DNA of 64,000 bases from Lama guanicoe. Its lineage: Eukaryota. Each line of letters starts with the position of its first letter. Positions within the stretch are counted from its first letter, which is position 1. The translations under genes were made by a program, and so were the position numbers. Under the pieces are notes generated by a model, which searched no databases, was not told where the DNA came from, and saw only the letters and a program-made list of their open reading frames with translations. The stretch lies in the NCBI GenBank assembly GCA_013239625.1, contig MU057332.1:6165001-6229000 (forward strand), given 5' to 3'. Shown one piece after another: positions 1 to 10,911 of the stretch.

Positions 1-232
1 TGCCCAGTCCTGCCTCCGAGCGGTGTGGCCTCAGCCTCAGTTTTCTTCATCTGGAAACATTAGAGCCATAATGCCTGTCTCACAAGAGGTGATGGGAGGG
101 TCAGTGACATTAACGTGTGAGGAAGTGCTCTGTCAACTGTAAAGTGCTCCGCATAGCACACAGTTGTTAGTGTGGCAGAGGACTCAGCCTTTGCCCCTGG
201 GGAGGCCTCAGGCACCAGGGCCGGCCCCTCAC

Positions 233-332
233 CTGGAGCTGGAGGGAAGCCAGCAGCTGCCTCCTCCTCTGCTCGCTCCGCTCCTGGACCCTGATCCACT
301 GCACCTGGATGCTCCGCAGCTGCTCTCTGACC
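233..332 (-). CDS. SPTBN5: SPTBN5 coding exon (~exon 20), spectrin repeat
   Basis: ccctccag|G GTC AGA GAG CAG ... CTC CAG|gtgagg; 100 nt; VREQLRSIQVQWIRVQERSEQRRRQLLASLQLQ resembles beta-V spectrin. Confidence 0.93.
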
Positions 333-531
333 CTGGAGGGCAGCGGAGTAGGGGAGGGTATGGGGAGGCTCCACTCCACCTGAGGCCCACCCTAAAGGTG
401 GGGCCCACTGCAGCTCAGGGTGCCCCACTGTGCCCCCACTCCCTGCACACTCTCTCAGCCTCAGGGCAACAGGCTGGGTATGCTAAGAAACCTGGGGCAT
501 GCAGGTGCGGCCCAGACAGGCCCAGGCTCAC

Positions 532-671
532 TTGTGAACAGCAGGGTGTTGTCTCTGAGCCAGCTTCTTGCCCCGTGCCTGTAGATCCTCTGCCCGAAGG
601 CCAAGGGCACCCAGGAGCTGTCCAAACTCCTGGTGCCGCTGCAACAGGCTCTGGGCCTCCCCTACGTCCTC
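532..671 (-). CDS. SPTBN5: SPTBN5 coding exon (~19)
   Basis: ccccag|GAG GAC GTA ... CAC AA|gtgagc; 140 nt; EDVGEAQSLLQRHQEFGQLLGALGLRAEDLQARGKKLAQRQHPAVH (hand-translated, not in the ORF track). Confidence 0.92.
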
Positions 672-822
672 CTGGGGATGCAGAGACTGAGGTCATGGCC
701 CGGCGAATGGGGTCAGCACCATCTCACCCACTGCCAATCCAGAGGCCTCCCTCCCAGACTGGCTTCTAAGCTCCTACTTCCTGGGGAAGTAGCACCCCAG
801 CTGCACACTCCCAACTCCGTAC

Positions 823-1066
823 CCCAAGGCTGTCCAGCTGTAGGAAGTTGGCCTCATGGTTGGCACAGGTGGCAATGAAACCATCTACTTCTCGACCAAA
901 CCTCTGCAACTCCAGCCCCTCGTGCAGCTGCTGCTGTCTCTGCTCCCAGGCAGCCTTCAACCCCCGGCCTTGCTGGCCCAGGAGCCTCAGAGCACTGGCT
1001 ACCTCTCGGGAGTCTGCGGAGTCCGAGGCTGCCATGCGTTGGCCCTGAGCCTCCAGCTGCTGCAGC
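823..1066 (-). CDS. SPTBN5: SPTBN5 coding exon (~18)
   Basis: gacag|G CTG CAG CAG ... CTT GGG|gtacgg; 244 nt; LQQLEAQGQRMAASDS...LELQRFGREVDGFIATCANHEANFLQLDSLG. Confidence 0.92.
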
Positions 1067-2106
1067 CTGTCCAGGACAACAGGCAGAGATGGTCAAACTC
1101 TATCTGCTCCTCTGGCCAACCTTCCTCCCCGCTTGCCTCCACATTCTTTCATCTTCAAGTTCTGATGTGAGGGTAACTGGTTAGCCCAGGAGCTTCACAT
1201 GCCCCGTAAGACAGCGGTGCCCTGCCCTCTAGTGAGACATCAAATGTAACAAGCCCGGCACGGCACTGGGACTCACTAGTTCCCATGCTCCCTGCCGTGT
1301 CACACCTTTGCTCCAGTTGGCCATGCTCATGGTGATGTCCAGGCAAGTGGATACGTTGGGGCAGCACAAACCAGAAAAAAATCACTCAAACCACTTCCCT
1401 GCCTGACTGCAGGGCCCAATGGAGCCTGGAGCAATTAGGAAAGGTGCCCCTCTCTGCTGGGTGCAGCCCATAGGCTCACTGCTTGGGAACAGGTGACACC
1501 TTTGTGTGAATTAGGAAAAGGCTCCCCTTCCCTGAGCTGATGCAGCCCTGAAGTGGGTAGTAGAGTCTAGCGAGCAGGGGCTGGGCTGTATTTCAGTGCC
1601 TGCTTGGCCACCTGTCAGGCTCCTTCACGTGAGGCACAGTCTGTTTGCAGTGGCCCTACCTGCCTGACAGGCCTGAACCATCACCCCTGCAGGAAATGAG
1701 GTGGCATCGCCATACCGAGGAGCTAGGTGTCCCAGGGGGACCCTGAGCCATTTGACTCCAGGGGCCAGTGGGGTCCTCATTACTCATAATAGGTGTGGAG
1801 GCTAGGCCTCCCTGGCAAAGCAATACATCAGGCCCACCTGGATGGGGTGTGGTCAGGCCTGGACTGGACAGAACCTTCTAGGAAGCTCAGATTCTGCTCT
1901 GGGTCCCTCCCCAAAGTATGTAGGATGTCTGACAAGTCCTTGGTTAGACCCTACTCTTTGTAAACCTGCCTTAAGCACCATGCCAGACACAAGCCTGGGC
2001 CACTCCCCTGGGTACAAGCTGCTTCATGCCTCTCCCTTTCTGGTGCCCCATCCCCACAGGCCGTGGCCAGCCTGAAGTGTGCCCTGTCTACCCCTCCTGT
2101 CCTGAC

Positions 2107-2394
2107 CTCTCCTGCAGCAGGTGGATCTCCTCCAGCAGGTCTCGGTGCTCCCCCAGCAGCCGCTGGGCTGAGGCCATGTCCACTGCATCCTCCTCGCTGA
2201 GCAGCCGAGCCCGGACGCTGTCCGCCCACAGCAGCAGTCGCCGGCTGTCCTGCAGGAAGGTCTGGCGGGCCTGCGCCTCGGCCTGGGCCCGGGCCCGTTG
2301 GGCCACTTGCTGCTGCACTTGCTCCAGCAGCCCCTGCAGCGTCTCCACCTGTCCCTCTAGGGACTGGCTCTCTGCGGGGCCCAACTCCTTGACT
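2107..2394 (-). CDS. SPTBN5: SPTBN5 coding exon (~17)
   Basis: cccag|A GTC AAG GAG ... GAG AG|gtcagg; 288 nt; VKELGPAESQ...ASAQRLLGEHRDLLEEIHLLQER. Confidence 0.93.
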
Positions 2395-2686
2395 CTGGGA
2401 GACAAAGCCCACCGCCCAGTCAGTGCACCGCCCTGGACCCAGAGCCCAGGGCTGTGTTCCCCAGGGAAAGTGGTGGCAACTCTGAACCCCTCCTCACCCT
2501 CGACCCAGGGGCAGCAAGCATGTGTGGCTCTCCCCTGCACCATGAGCATTTCCTCACGTGGTTCCCCAACCTGTGTCCCTGCCCTTTGGACAGCACATCC
2601 TGCCCGTCCTCCCCACCCCAGTTTCTGCCCTCTTCCTCATCCCATAACCCTGCTCAGGCCTTCACTGTGCCAAACCCAGGCCGTAC

Positions 2687-2926
2687 TTGATCGCTGCCCT
2701 TTGCAGATAGTGAATGCCTCTCTCCAGCGCTAGCATCTTCTGCCGGTCCACTTGCAGGATGTGGTGGCTGTCCTCTAAGTGCCCCAGCTCCAGGGCTTTT
2801 AGCTGGAGCATCATGTCTTGCAGCTGGACCCGTGTGGATCCACACTCCTGCAGAAAACTGCACATGTGCATGGTGCATGCCAGCTGTGTTTCCTTTTCTT
2901 TCTTCAGGGCCTCCAGCTGCTCCCAC
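2687..2926 (-). CDS. SPTBN5: SPTBN5 coding exon (~16)
   Basis: cccag|G TGG GAG CAG ... ATC AA|gtacgg; 240 nt; WEQLEALKKEKETQL...LERGIHYLQRAAIK. Confidence 0.92.
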
Positions 2927-3121
2927 CTGGGCAGAGGGAACAGGGATGTCTCCATCCCAGGGGCACCTCCCCATCCATCCTGGGGCCTTGGCCAAAGGCT
3001 CACATGACAGAGGCTGCCAGGCTGGCTGTCCCCACGCCCTCTGTCTCTGACACGTCCGGGAGTCAGGCGAGCAGACATTCAGGCCCAGGCACTGCATCCA
3101 GCCTTCCCCTCTTATCCTCAC

Positions 3122-3252
3122 CTTTGGCTCAGTTCCTCTTGCTTTTGCTGGATTTGGGGGGAATCTCCAGGACATCTCTGCTTCAGCTGCTCAGCGGAGT
3201 TGCTAACCTCAGCCCAGAGGCCTCTTCCCACAGCCAGGGTAGTGAGGAAGTT
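3122..3252 (-). CDS. SPTBN5: SPTBN5 coding exon (~15)
   Basis: ttccccag|AAC TTC CTC ... CAA AG|gtgagg; 131 nt; NFLTTLAVGRGLWAEVSNSAEQLKQRCPGDSPQIQQKQEELSQR. Confidence 0.93.
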
Positions 3253-3429
3253 CTGGGGAAAGGAGGTTCCAGGCCTTGAGGGGGCTTTTTCTCTTTCCAC
3301 ACTTCCCTTAAGACTAGGAATGACTTCAGATATGCTCTGCTACAGAGATGTTTGAGCTGCATTCCTCCGAAAGGACAGTGATCTGCATCCTTAAAGGCCT
3401 AGGAGGATCCTTTAAAAATTCAAGGTCAG

Positions 3430-3940
3430 GGACAATGTGGCTAGAACTTGACGGCATTATGTTAAGTGAAACAGGTCAGATGGAGAAAGACAAATACCAT
3501 ATGATCTTCCTTACATGTGAAATCTTAAAAAAAAAAAAAAACCCAAACCAAACCAAAACAACAATAACAAAAAACAAGCTTATAGATTCAGAGAACAGAC
3601 TGGTGGTTGCCAGAGGAGAAGAGTGGAGAGAGGGTGAAATGGGTGAAGAGAGTTTGAAAGGTACAAATTTACAGTCATAAAATAAATAAGTCATGGGGAT
3701 GTAATGTACAGCATGGCAACTATAGTTAAGAATACTGTATTGCATATTTGAACATTGCTAAAAGAGTAAATCTTAAAAGTTCTTATCACTAGGGAAGAAC
3801 TCCATAACTATGTATATATGGTGATGGATATTAACTAGATTTATTGTTGTGATCATTTTCCAATATATACAAACATTTAATTATTATGTTGCACATCTGA
3901 AATAATATAATATTGTGTGCCAAAGATACATCAATTAAGA
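3430..3940 (+). mobile_element. 5'-truncated LINE-1 (3' UTR end) with target-site duplication
   Basis: L1 3' motifs (attatgttaagtgaaa, agacaaataccatatgatc, gactggtggttgccagagg); 16-bp TSD aaaaattcaagg(t/c)cag at 3414-3429 and 3940-3955; TT/AAAA endonuclease site. Confidence 0.88.
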
Positions 3941-4111
3941 AAAATTCAAGGCCAGCTCCCTCCCTGCCAGGACCACATCTAACCCAGAGCCCTGAGGCAA
4001 GGAGTGAATAGCAGGGAGGCAGAGGCAAGGTGGGGAGGGGGAGGACAGGAATATGGAGGGGCAGTGGGGCCAAGCAGCTAAGGCTCCCCTTGGGCTCCAA
4101 GGGGACTGTAC

Positions 4112-4264
4112 CTCATACTTGAGCTGCATGACCTCTAAGTTGTCGGCCTGGGGTTGCAGTGTTCGGAATTGGGCTGTCTGGGTTTCCAGCCAGGACTGCA
4201 GCTCCCCACATGAGCCATAGAAGCCAAACAGGGCCACCACCTCCTCCAACCGGGCCCTGTGGTG
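4112..4264 (-). CDS. SPTBN5: SPTBN5 coding exon (~14)
   Basis: ttctcag|CAC CAC AGG GCC CGG TTG ... TAT GAG|gtacag; 153 nt; HHRARLEEVVALFGFYGSCGELQSWL...QLKYE. Confidence 0.92.
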
Positions 4265-4971
4265 CTGAGAAGAGGCCAGCCCAGAGGTCAGTGCCCATCA
4301 CCGGGTGCTCAGAGGAGGTCACTATCACCCCCCATGCCAGCAGAGCCCAGAGCCGGGACAGAAATGGTCCCTGTACCCCTGCTGGGTCTGTGCCCTCTGT
4401 CAGAGGTCCAGGGCAAGGAGCTGGCATAGGGCAGAGGGCCCCCGGCAGAGTATGCTCTTTAGATCTTGTCCTGCTCATGCCCTTTGGCTCTCAGGAACAA
4501 GCCATGCTTCTCCCACAGGACCTGGACCCGCTCACCGGCCCTGCTCCTCTCGGGCTCTCCTCTAGCCACTTACTTGCTACTCTCTGGCCTTACTGCTATG
4601 CCCCAAGCACCCTGGCCCTCACTCCTCTTTCCTGCCTTTGCACAGGTCCTGCCTAGAACACTCCTCCCCGCTCTCTCCCCCTGCCCTCCCCCTAGCTCCA
4701 TCTGCTCCCAGCTTCTCACTGTTCAAGTCTCAGCCTAAATGTCCTTCTCTCAGAGACACCTACCCCCACACCCCAGCCTAACCTGGGCTGCTCTCTCACG
4801 CTCCCATCACACCCCCATCCATCTAACAAGTTGTTTCACATCTTCTCTGCCATGATATAAACTCCCAAGGGCAGGGCGCACGGCCAGTCACTGCTCCGTC
4901 CCTGGGCTCACAGCTCAGGGTCTCGTACAGAGGAGTGGCAACGTGAACATTTCTTGAACAAGGAGCATTAC

Positions 4972-5172
4972 CTCTGCCAGAGCCCGTAGGCCCTCATAGT
5001 CCTGGCTCAAGCGGTCCTGTGTCTGGAGGATGGCGTTAGGGTCAAAGTCTGGGTCAGGCTCATCTGTGAGGACCATCTCCTGGTTGCCCCGGGGGCCAGA
5101 GTAGCAGGAAACCTCATGCCAGGCCACTGGGTTTCTTGGGCCTTCCCTTGGAGAGCTCGGGGCAGACACCAC
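4972..5172 (-). CDS. SPTBN5: SPTBN5 coding exon (~13), includes a Pro/Gly-rich non-repeat insert
   Basis: gcacag|GTG GTG TCT ... GCA GAG|gtaatg; 201 nt; ...EPDPDFDPNAILQTQDRLSQDYEGLRALAE. Confidence 0.9.
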
Positions 5173-5997
5173 CTGTGCCGACAGGGTAGATAGAGGGCAG
5201 TGTGTCTGGAGGGGACTCCTGGCAAGCAGCAGAAGGCTTGGTGGGGGTGGGGAGGCAGTGGCGGTACCTGGGACTTCTGTTCCATGATGGGGCCGATGGG
5301 CACCGCGGCCTGGCAGCCCTTCCAGTCCTTCAGTTCCCAGGTGTCGGGGCCCATGTGGTGCAGGGGCTGCAGGGCCTCTCCCGGGAGCTGGGTGAAGCGC
5401 GCCCCTGCGGGAGCACAGGTTCTAAGGGCCGTGCTGGTCCTGCTCCTCTGCTTGATTTGGGAGCTGACCAGTGGGGATGGGTGGGGGGATTATTTATTAC
5501 TTAGCCCTGTGCCAGGAGCCCTGGGGGCTAGAAGAGGATGAGGGGCAGGGCTTCCTGTCCAGGGGCTTACAATCTTCTCAGGCTTGCAAGCCCACAGACT
5601 CGGAGCCAGAGGGATACTTCCAGGACTGTGCAGAGATAAGCTGAATGTGCGTTGTGTGAAATAAATACTATGGGGGTGTCTGGGGGCGGGCGGAGGGGAT
5701 GACTGGAACAGTCTGGGGCTGCTGGGAAAGATTTCAAGGACAAGGTAGGCCTCAGTGAGCCCTGCTGGGGGAGTAGCATTTGCAGAGTGGGAGGCAAAGT
5801 GGTTATGGTGGCAGGAGCTGGGGCAGAAATGGGTAGGGGAAGCAACAGGCTGGCTCTTCTGAGGGGGGAGGATGAGCATCTTGCCTCCATCCCTCTGGGC
5901 CTCTGGCAGCTTGAGGGGACTGAAGAAAAGGAATAGGCACAGAGAAAGACTGGAAATGGGGGAAAAAAGAGTTGTTCAGATCCATTCCTCCCTCTTT

Positions 5998-6124
5998 GGT
6001 GGGAGGCTATAGCTCAGTGGTAGATCACATGCTTAGCATGCACAAGGTCCTGGGTTCAATCCCCAGTCCCTCCTCCAAAAATAAATAAATAAACCTAATT
6101 ACCTCCCCCCGATCCCCCCCAAAA
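5998..6124 (+). mobile_element. tRNA-Ala(AGC)-derived SINE (camelid Vic-1-like)
   Basis: A box TAGCTCAGTGG, anticodon arm GCTTAGCATGC, B box GGTTCAATCC, then an (AAAT)n-CCTAATTACCTCCCC tail shared with the copies at 38.1 and 39.3 kb. Confidence 0.88.
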
Positions 6125-7809
6125 GAGACTGGAAAGGGGGAAAAAAGGAAGACTCAGAATTTCAGGCAGCTCCACATCTTTCTGCTGAGCTCCAAGTGGT
6201 CTTTCCTTAACTTCCTCCCTTCAGTCCTCAGAGATGCCACAGAGAACCACAAGGAATAAATTTATGAAGCTCTGTTAAGGTTCCCACATGGGGTCTTGGC
6301 CTTGTACCTCTGCAGATGAAGCTCATCTCGTCCTGAGGGCACTCTGCCTGGTGCTGGCTGCCCGGCACTGCCAAAATGTGGGTTCCAACCTGGGGTCTCC
6401 TGGTCGCATGCCCGTCAACTCTGCTCCAGCCTTCTGGGGGCTCCCTCTGTATGGAGGAGGGAAAGCTCTGCTTAGCTGCCAAAGTGGCGCCTACTCCCAG
6501 CAGAGAGGGCATCTCTGCACCAACCCCCCAGCATTACTGGGCAAAGCAAGGGTCTGAAAATACCAGGGACAAGGAGTAACCCCTCTATCAATGCCAAGAG
6601 GGCTGGGCAGGTGAGGACACAAAAGAAGGATAAGGTTCCTTGCATTCATTCATTTGAAAAATTAACTCAAATTGGAGAAGCAGGCCACACAGAACAGGAG
6701 GAAGGCAATACCAAAAGCAATATGCATTAGTATAATGCAAGGCCTAGGAGCTAAACATCATAGCTACACAGTGAGGGATAAGGTGGAAACAGCCCTGGAC
6801 CAGGAGTTGGGAGGCCTCTCCAGCAGGTCTTAGGGCAGGAATTTGGTCTCTGTGGAACGTGGTTACCTCATCTGTAAAGTGAGGGGGCTGGACCAGACTA
6901 CTACTAACACACTGTGAATCTATTTTCAAAAATTGTTAATTGTGTGCTCCAGGGAATAAATAAACGCAAAGGAAAAGGGTTAGCTCAACCTCAGCTAACT
7001 TAGAGTCAGAGACCTTTCGGACCTGGTAGTCTTGTCCTGGTAGTCAGGACCAGGACCAGAACCCCAGTCAGCTGCCGACTAGCCACCAGGCCCCGTCCTA
7101 AGATACGAGGACTTGAGCTGCAGCTCTGCGGGTGCATGGGACATGGCTGGGCAGAGGGAGGGTGTGTGGGACATGGTGCTTCCTTAGGATGAGTAAAGGG
7201 GCCAAATGAGAGCACAGGGTCTGAGGGCCATGATTTACACATCTTGAGCTACATATATGCTTCTTGAAAGATAAGCATAAACCCTCATAGGGCTGGATCA
7301 ACCTGCCCACCAGGTAGGTATGTTTTTTTAGACTGGAGGCTTAATGAACTGCAGAGGTGGGGTTCAGAAAGCAGTCTGCTGTAGTGATTAAGCCACCCAA
7401 AGCCTACAAGGGCCAAGTCAGGAGAGAGAGCTCAACAGGGCTGCAGGTGAAGGGTCAGTCTTAGGCCTGGTGGAGACAGTAAAGGGACACTCCTGGAGGA
7501 AACTGATCAGTGCCTGGAAACTGGTGGACGAAGTGAGTAACACCAAACTACACTTGGATGGCCTCCAGTCATGGGCATACAGGACTCCACTAACTCTAGG
7601 CAGGGTTGGGGGAGGTGGGTGGCAGGGGAGATGCTGCTGAGGAGGGATGTGCACCCCTAAGCCCAGAGAAAGCCCGCAATTTCTGGTTCAGGGGCCACAA
7701 AAGCCCTCCCATTTTCACCCTCTGTGTGACCGAGGGACAAAGGGCACAGCACGTGCATTTGGTATCAGAAGCCTGTGGGTCTGGGTCCCTGCCCAGTTGG
7801 TCCCCACGC

Positions 7810-8270
7810 ACCAGGAGTGACGCCCGGGTCGCTGCCGCCCGCGCCTGCTCGTCCAGTCGCCGCAGCTCGGCCCCGAAGGCCCGCACGGAGCGCTCCAGCC
7901 GCAGATGGCGCCGCAGCAAGGCCTCGGCGGCCGCCTGGTCCTGCCCAAAAGACGAGCTCTCCAGCGTCAACCGCCGCTCCCGGAGCCACGAGGCCGCCTC
8001 TGACACGTCGGCGAAGTACTGCGGGGAGGAGGGCAGGCTGGGCACAGGCCCACCTCGCACTCCACGCCCGGCCGCCCGCTGCCCGCCCGCTCCGCTACCT
8101 GCTGGACAAGCAGCGCTGCCTGCAGCCGCGCGCCCCGCCCCGCCGCCAGGGCCTGGAGCCGCTGCCACCCGCCGTGCACCGCCTCGGCCCGCTCCCGGGG
8201 ATCCGGCCGCGTTGGGGGCCCACGCGCGCTCAGGTCCCGTCCCCTCTGCAGGAGATCAGCGCACAAGGCC
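7810..8270. promoter_or_regulatory. intragenic CpG-island-like segment over SPTBN5 exons 11-12
   Basis: Visibly very high GC with dense CG dinucleotides (e.g. gccgcgcgccccgccccgccgcc) including the 80-nt intron, unlike the CpG-poor flanks; not computed. Confidence 0.7.
7812..8018 (-). CDS. SPTBN5: SPTBN5 coding exon (~12)
   Basis: ccgcag|TAC TTC GCC ... CTC CTG|gtgcgt; 207 nt; YFADVSEAASWLRERR...LDEQARAAATRASLL. Confidence 0.92.
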
Positions 8271-8299
8271 TGGTGGTGGCAGAGCTCAGCTTCCAGGGC
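8099..8299 (-). CDS. SPTBN5: SPTBN5 coding exon (~11)
   Basis: ctccag|GCC CTG GAA ... CAG CAG|gtagcg; 201 nt; ALEAELCHHQALCADLLQRGRDL...ARLQAALLVQQ. Confidence 0.92.
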
Positions 8300-8387
8300 C
8301 TGGAGGAGCGCAGAATAAGGAGCTAGCTGAGAAGAAGGGTGGGAGGGCAGGGAGGGGGGAACTGACAGGGCGCAGGGTAGCAGGTAC

Positions 8388-8541
8388 CTTGTGTTTCTGC
8401 AGAGCCGCTGAGATCTGGCTGAGATCCTTGCCCAGGGCTGCACCCTCCATCAGCTGTCTGCACTCCCTCAACCAGGCTTCCTCCTCCTCACAGTCGTGCA
8501 GGAGCTCTGCCCTCTGCAGAGTCTGCTCCAGCAAGGCCCTC
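8388..8541 (-). CDS. SPTBN5: SPTBN5 coding exon (~10)
   Basis: cctcag|G AGG GCC TTG ... CAC AAG|gtacct; 154 nt; RALLEQTLQRAELLHDCEEEEAWL...ALQKHK. Confidence 0.93.
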
Positions 8542-8798
8542 CTGAGGGACAGTAAGGGCCATCGAGGGGCTGGGGGAGTCATGGGGCTTGGGGAGGGGGT
8601 TCCCCACCAGGCTTAGATACTCCTCCTTAGACAGGAGTTTTCTTTTCCTTGGATGACTCAACAGAGGAGACAGAGGCCTTGAGGGGTGAGGGTCAGCATA
8701 GAGGAAGTCGCAAGTAGCAGTATTTTATCCTGGGTGAGAGGTAATTTGGGTTACACAAAAGTTCTGGAGAAGTTAGGGGAGTTCGGGGGAGCTCTTAC

Positions 8799-9031
8799 CG
8801 GGACCTGGCAAGAGACACCAGGCTCTGGTGGAGCTGGGCCAGTGCCCTGGCCTTGGCCTGCAGCACCTCCACACTAGTGCCTGGGGAAGAGTCCAGCTCT
8901 GTTGTCTGGTGGGCAAGATGGCTCACATGGGCTCCATGGGCTGAGAGCTGGGCCTCCAGCAGGTCATGCCTCTGCAGAAGCTCCACTACCTCTGCCAGCT
9001 GCTGTCCACTGGCCGTGGAGCTGGCCAGCAC
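8799..9031 (-). CDS. SPTBN5: SPTBN5 coding exon (~9)
   Basis: ggccag|GTG CTG GCC ... TCC CG|gtaaga; 233 nt; ...GQQLAEVVELLQRHDLLEAQLSAHGAHVSHL.... Confidence 0.92.
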
Positions 9032-9142
9032 CTGGCCAGGGATGGACGAGGGGTTATTAAAGTCCCAGAGTGCTGGGTCCCCGTGAGTGCTAGGGCTGGC
9101 ACATCCTGCTGTTTCCCAGGTGTTGGCTGGTCCGGAGCCCAC

Positions 9143-9281
9143 CTGCAGCTCATTGAGCTGGTTGGAGGCAGTTTCTACCTCCTGCAGCAGGCTCAGCACA
9201 GCCTGCATGCCTGCCATCTGCTTCCTCTGTCCTTGGAGACGCTGAAGCAGCCTCTCCCAGCGCTGAGTGATCTCCAGTTGC
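9143..9281 (-). CDS. SPTBN5: SPTBN5 coding exon (~8)
   Basis: ccccag|G CAA CTG GAG ... CTG CAG|gtgggc; 139 nt; QLEITQRWERLLQRLQGQRKQM...LNELQ. Confidence 0.92.
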
Positions 9282-9499
9282 CTGGGGGACACGAGAATGA
9301 GGGTGATGTCCACAGGACTGGGGCATGGAAGATACCTCGGGGTGCATAGTTGGTGGTGGTGGGTCTTGGCTATGCTGGAGGGGCCTGAGTTCTGTGGCTG
9401 GGGCTGTGAGCATCCTAGCCTGGGGCAGTTGGGGTAGTGTCCCCAGGATTTAGACAAAGGCAGAGAATCTGGAAGGAGGGCCTGGGAGGTCCAGACATC

Positions 9500-10060
9500 C
9501 AGAGTGATCATTGTAAGACAAAAGTTAGATTGTGTCACTCCTCTGCTCCAGCCCTGCTGTGATTTCCTATCTTTGCTGTGCCCTGCAGGGCCCAGCACTA
9601 TCTCTGCCCACACCCCTCACCTCCACATCTCCCTGACATCAACTCCAACTTGTTCACTTGGCCAACACTGGCGTCTGTGCTGTTTTTCAAACATGCCAGG
9701 CATGTGCCCACCTTAGGACACTGAGCTAGCCGTTCCCTCTTCCTAGTAGAGTCTGTCCCCCTGTTTGTATGGCTTCTTCTCACTTCTTTCTGGTCTTTGC
9801 TCAAAAGTGAACCTTCTCTGACCACCCAATCTAACCTCCTCCCCCCACCTTGGCACCCCATATCCCCTCTTCTGCTTTATTATTTTTTAAAACCACTATC
9901 TCACATGTTATGTATTTTTCTGTTCTCCTTAGTAGTATGTAAGCTCTTTGAGGGGAGGGATTTTTGTTTGTCCTCTTCACTGCTAAATTTCCATCACCTA
10001 GAACAGTACTTGGGACATAGTAGGCACTCCATAAATGCTTGTTTAGTAAATGAATTAATA
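9500..10060 (+). mobile_element. LINE-2 3' remnant
   Basis: L2 3'-end motifs: tgtaagctctttgagggga..., cctagaacagtacttgggacatagtaggcactccataaatgcttgtt...aatgaat. Confidence 0.65.
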
Positions 10061-10279
10061 AGAGGCTCTCTAGAAAGGACAGTGCTTTACCAAAAGGGAT
10101 CCATTATGGATGGTAGTATTTCAGGCATCAGTGGGAGCTAGATTTTTTTTTTTTAAAGGGAGCCTTGAACCCATAAGTCACTCCCTCCTCTGTGGCCAGA
10201 AATGGGCAAATGTAAAGACAGGGGTATGGTAGTAAGGCTCTAGTCTGTTTTGAAGACGGTTCATGTGTTCGGGGCTCAC

Positions 10280-10911
10280 CTGCAGGCCACATCTGCCCAG
10301 CCGTGGTAGTGCTCCTGCTGGAGGATATGCGCAACTTCGGCCAGGGCCTGGAAGCGCCCCTCCTGGGGCAGGATGCTGGCCTCCAGCATGCCCAGCCTCT
10401 GGGCGGCCACTTCCATTGTGGCCGGGCTGGCTGGCGGGGCTGTGGCCTGGTCCAGCACCTGCTCTGTGTCTGCCAGAAAGCTCTCCCGGAGGGCTGCCTT
10501 ACGCTGGAAGCGCCGGGCTAGGGTTTCCAACCGCTCTAGTTGCAGGAGCCTCTGCTGCAGGGCCTGGCTCCTTGAGGCCTCTGCCCGCTCCAGGCATGCC
10601 CAGCGCTGGGACAGCTCCGCAGGGCCCAGGCCCTCGTGAGGCAGAAAGGGCCTGCGGTTCTGGGCTCGGAGTGCTGTCTGCAGCCGGAAGAGCAGGGCCT
10701 CTGTGGCCCCTCGCTGCTGCAGCCGTGGTGGCTTCTCCTGGGTGCGGAAGGTGGCAAAGGCCACCAGTAGCTGGCGCATGGCCAGCAGGGTGTCTGGGAA
10801 ATCCCGCGCCTCCAGCTGCACCTGCTTCTCCGCAATCCAGCAAAGCAGGTCGGCCACCAGCTGCTCGTACTGGGTCTGCAGAGCTTCTGTCTCCTGGAGC
10901 TGAAGCAGGAT
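10280..10911 (-). CDS. SPTBN5: SPTBN5 coding exon (~7), first spectrin repeats
   Basis: ctccag|ATC CTG CTT CAG ... TGC AG|gtgagc; 632 nt; ILLQLQETEALQTQYEQLVADLLCWI...LETLARRFQRKAALRESFL.... Confidence 0.95.

Noticed and set aside
6001-6075. tRNA-Ala gene (also at 38.1 and 39.3 kb)
   Set aside because: Acceptor stem is not formed, and each copy continues into a shared SINE tail with flanking duplications; these are SINEs.
7606-8616. 336-aa plus-strand ORF
   Set aside because: Antisense shadow of GC-rich SPTBN5 exons 10-12; low-complexity Pro/Ala/Arg/Gly, non-ATG start, no recognisable domain.
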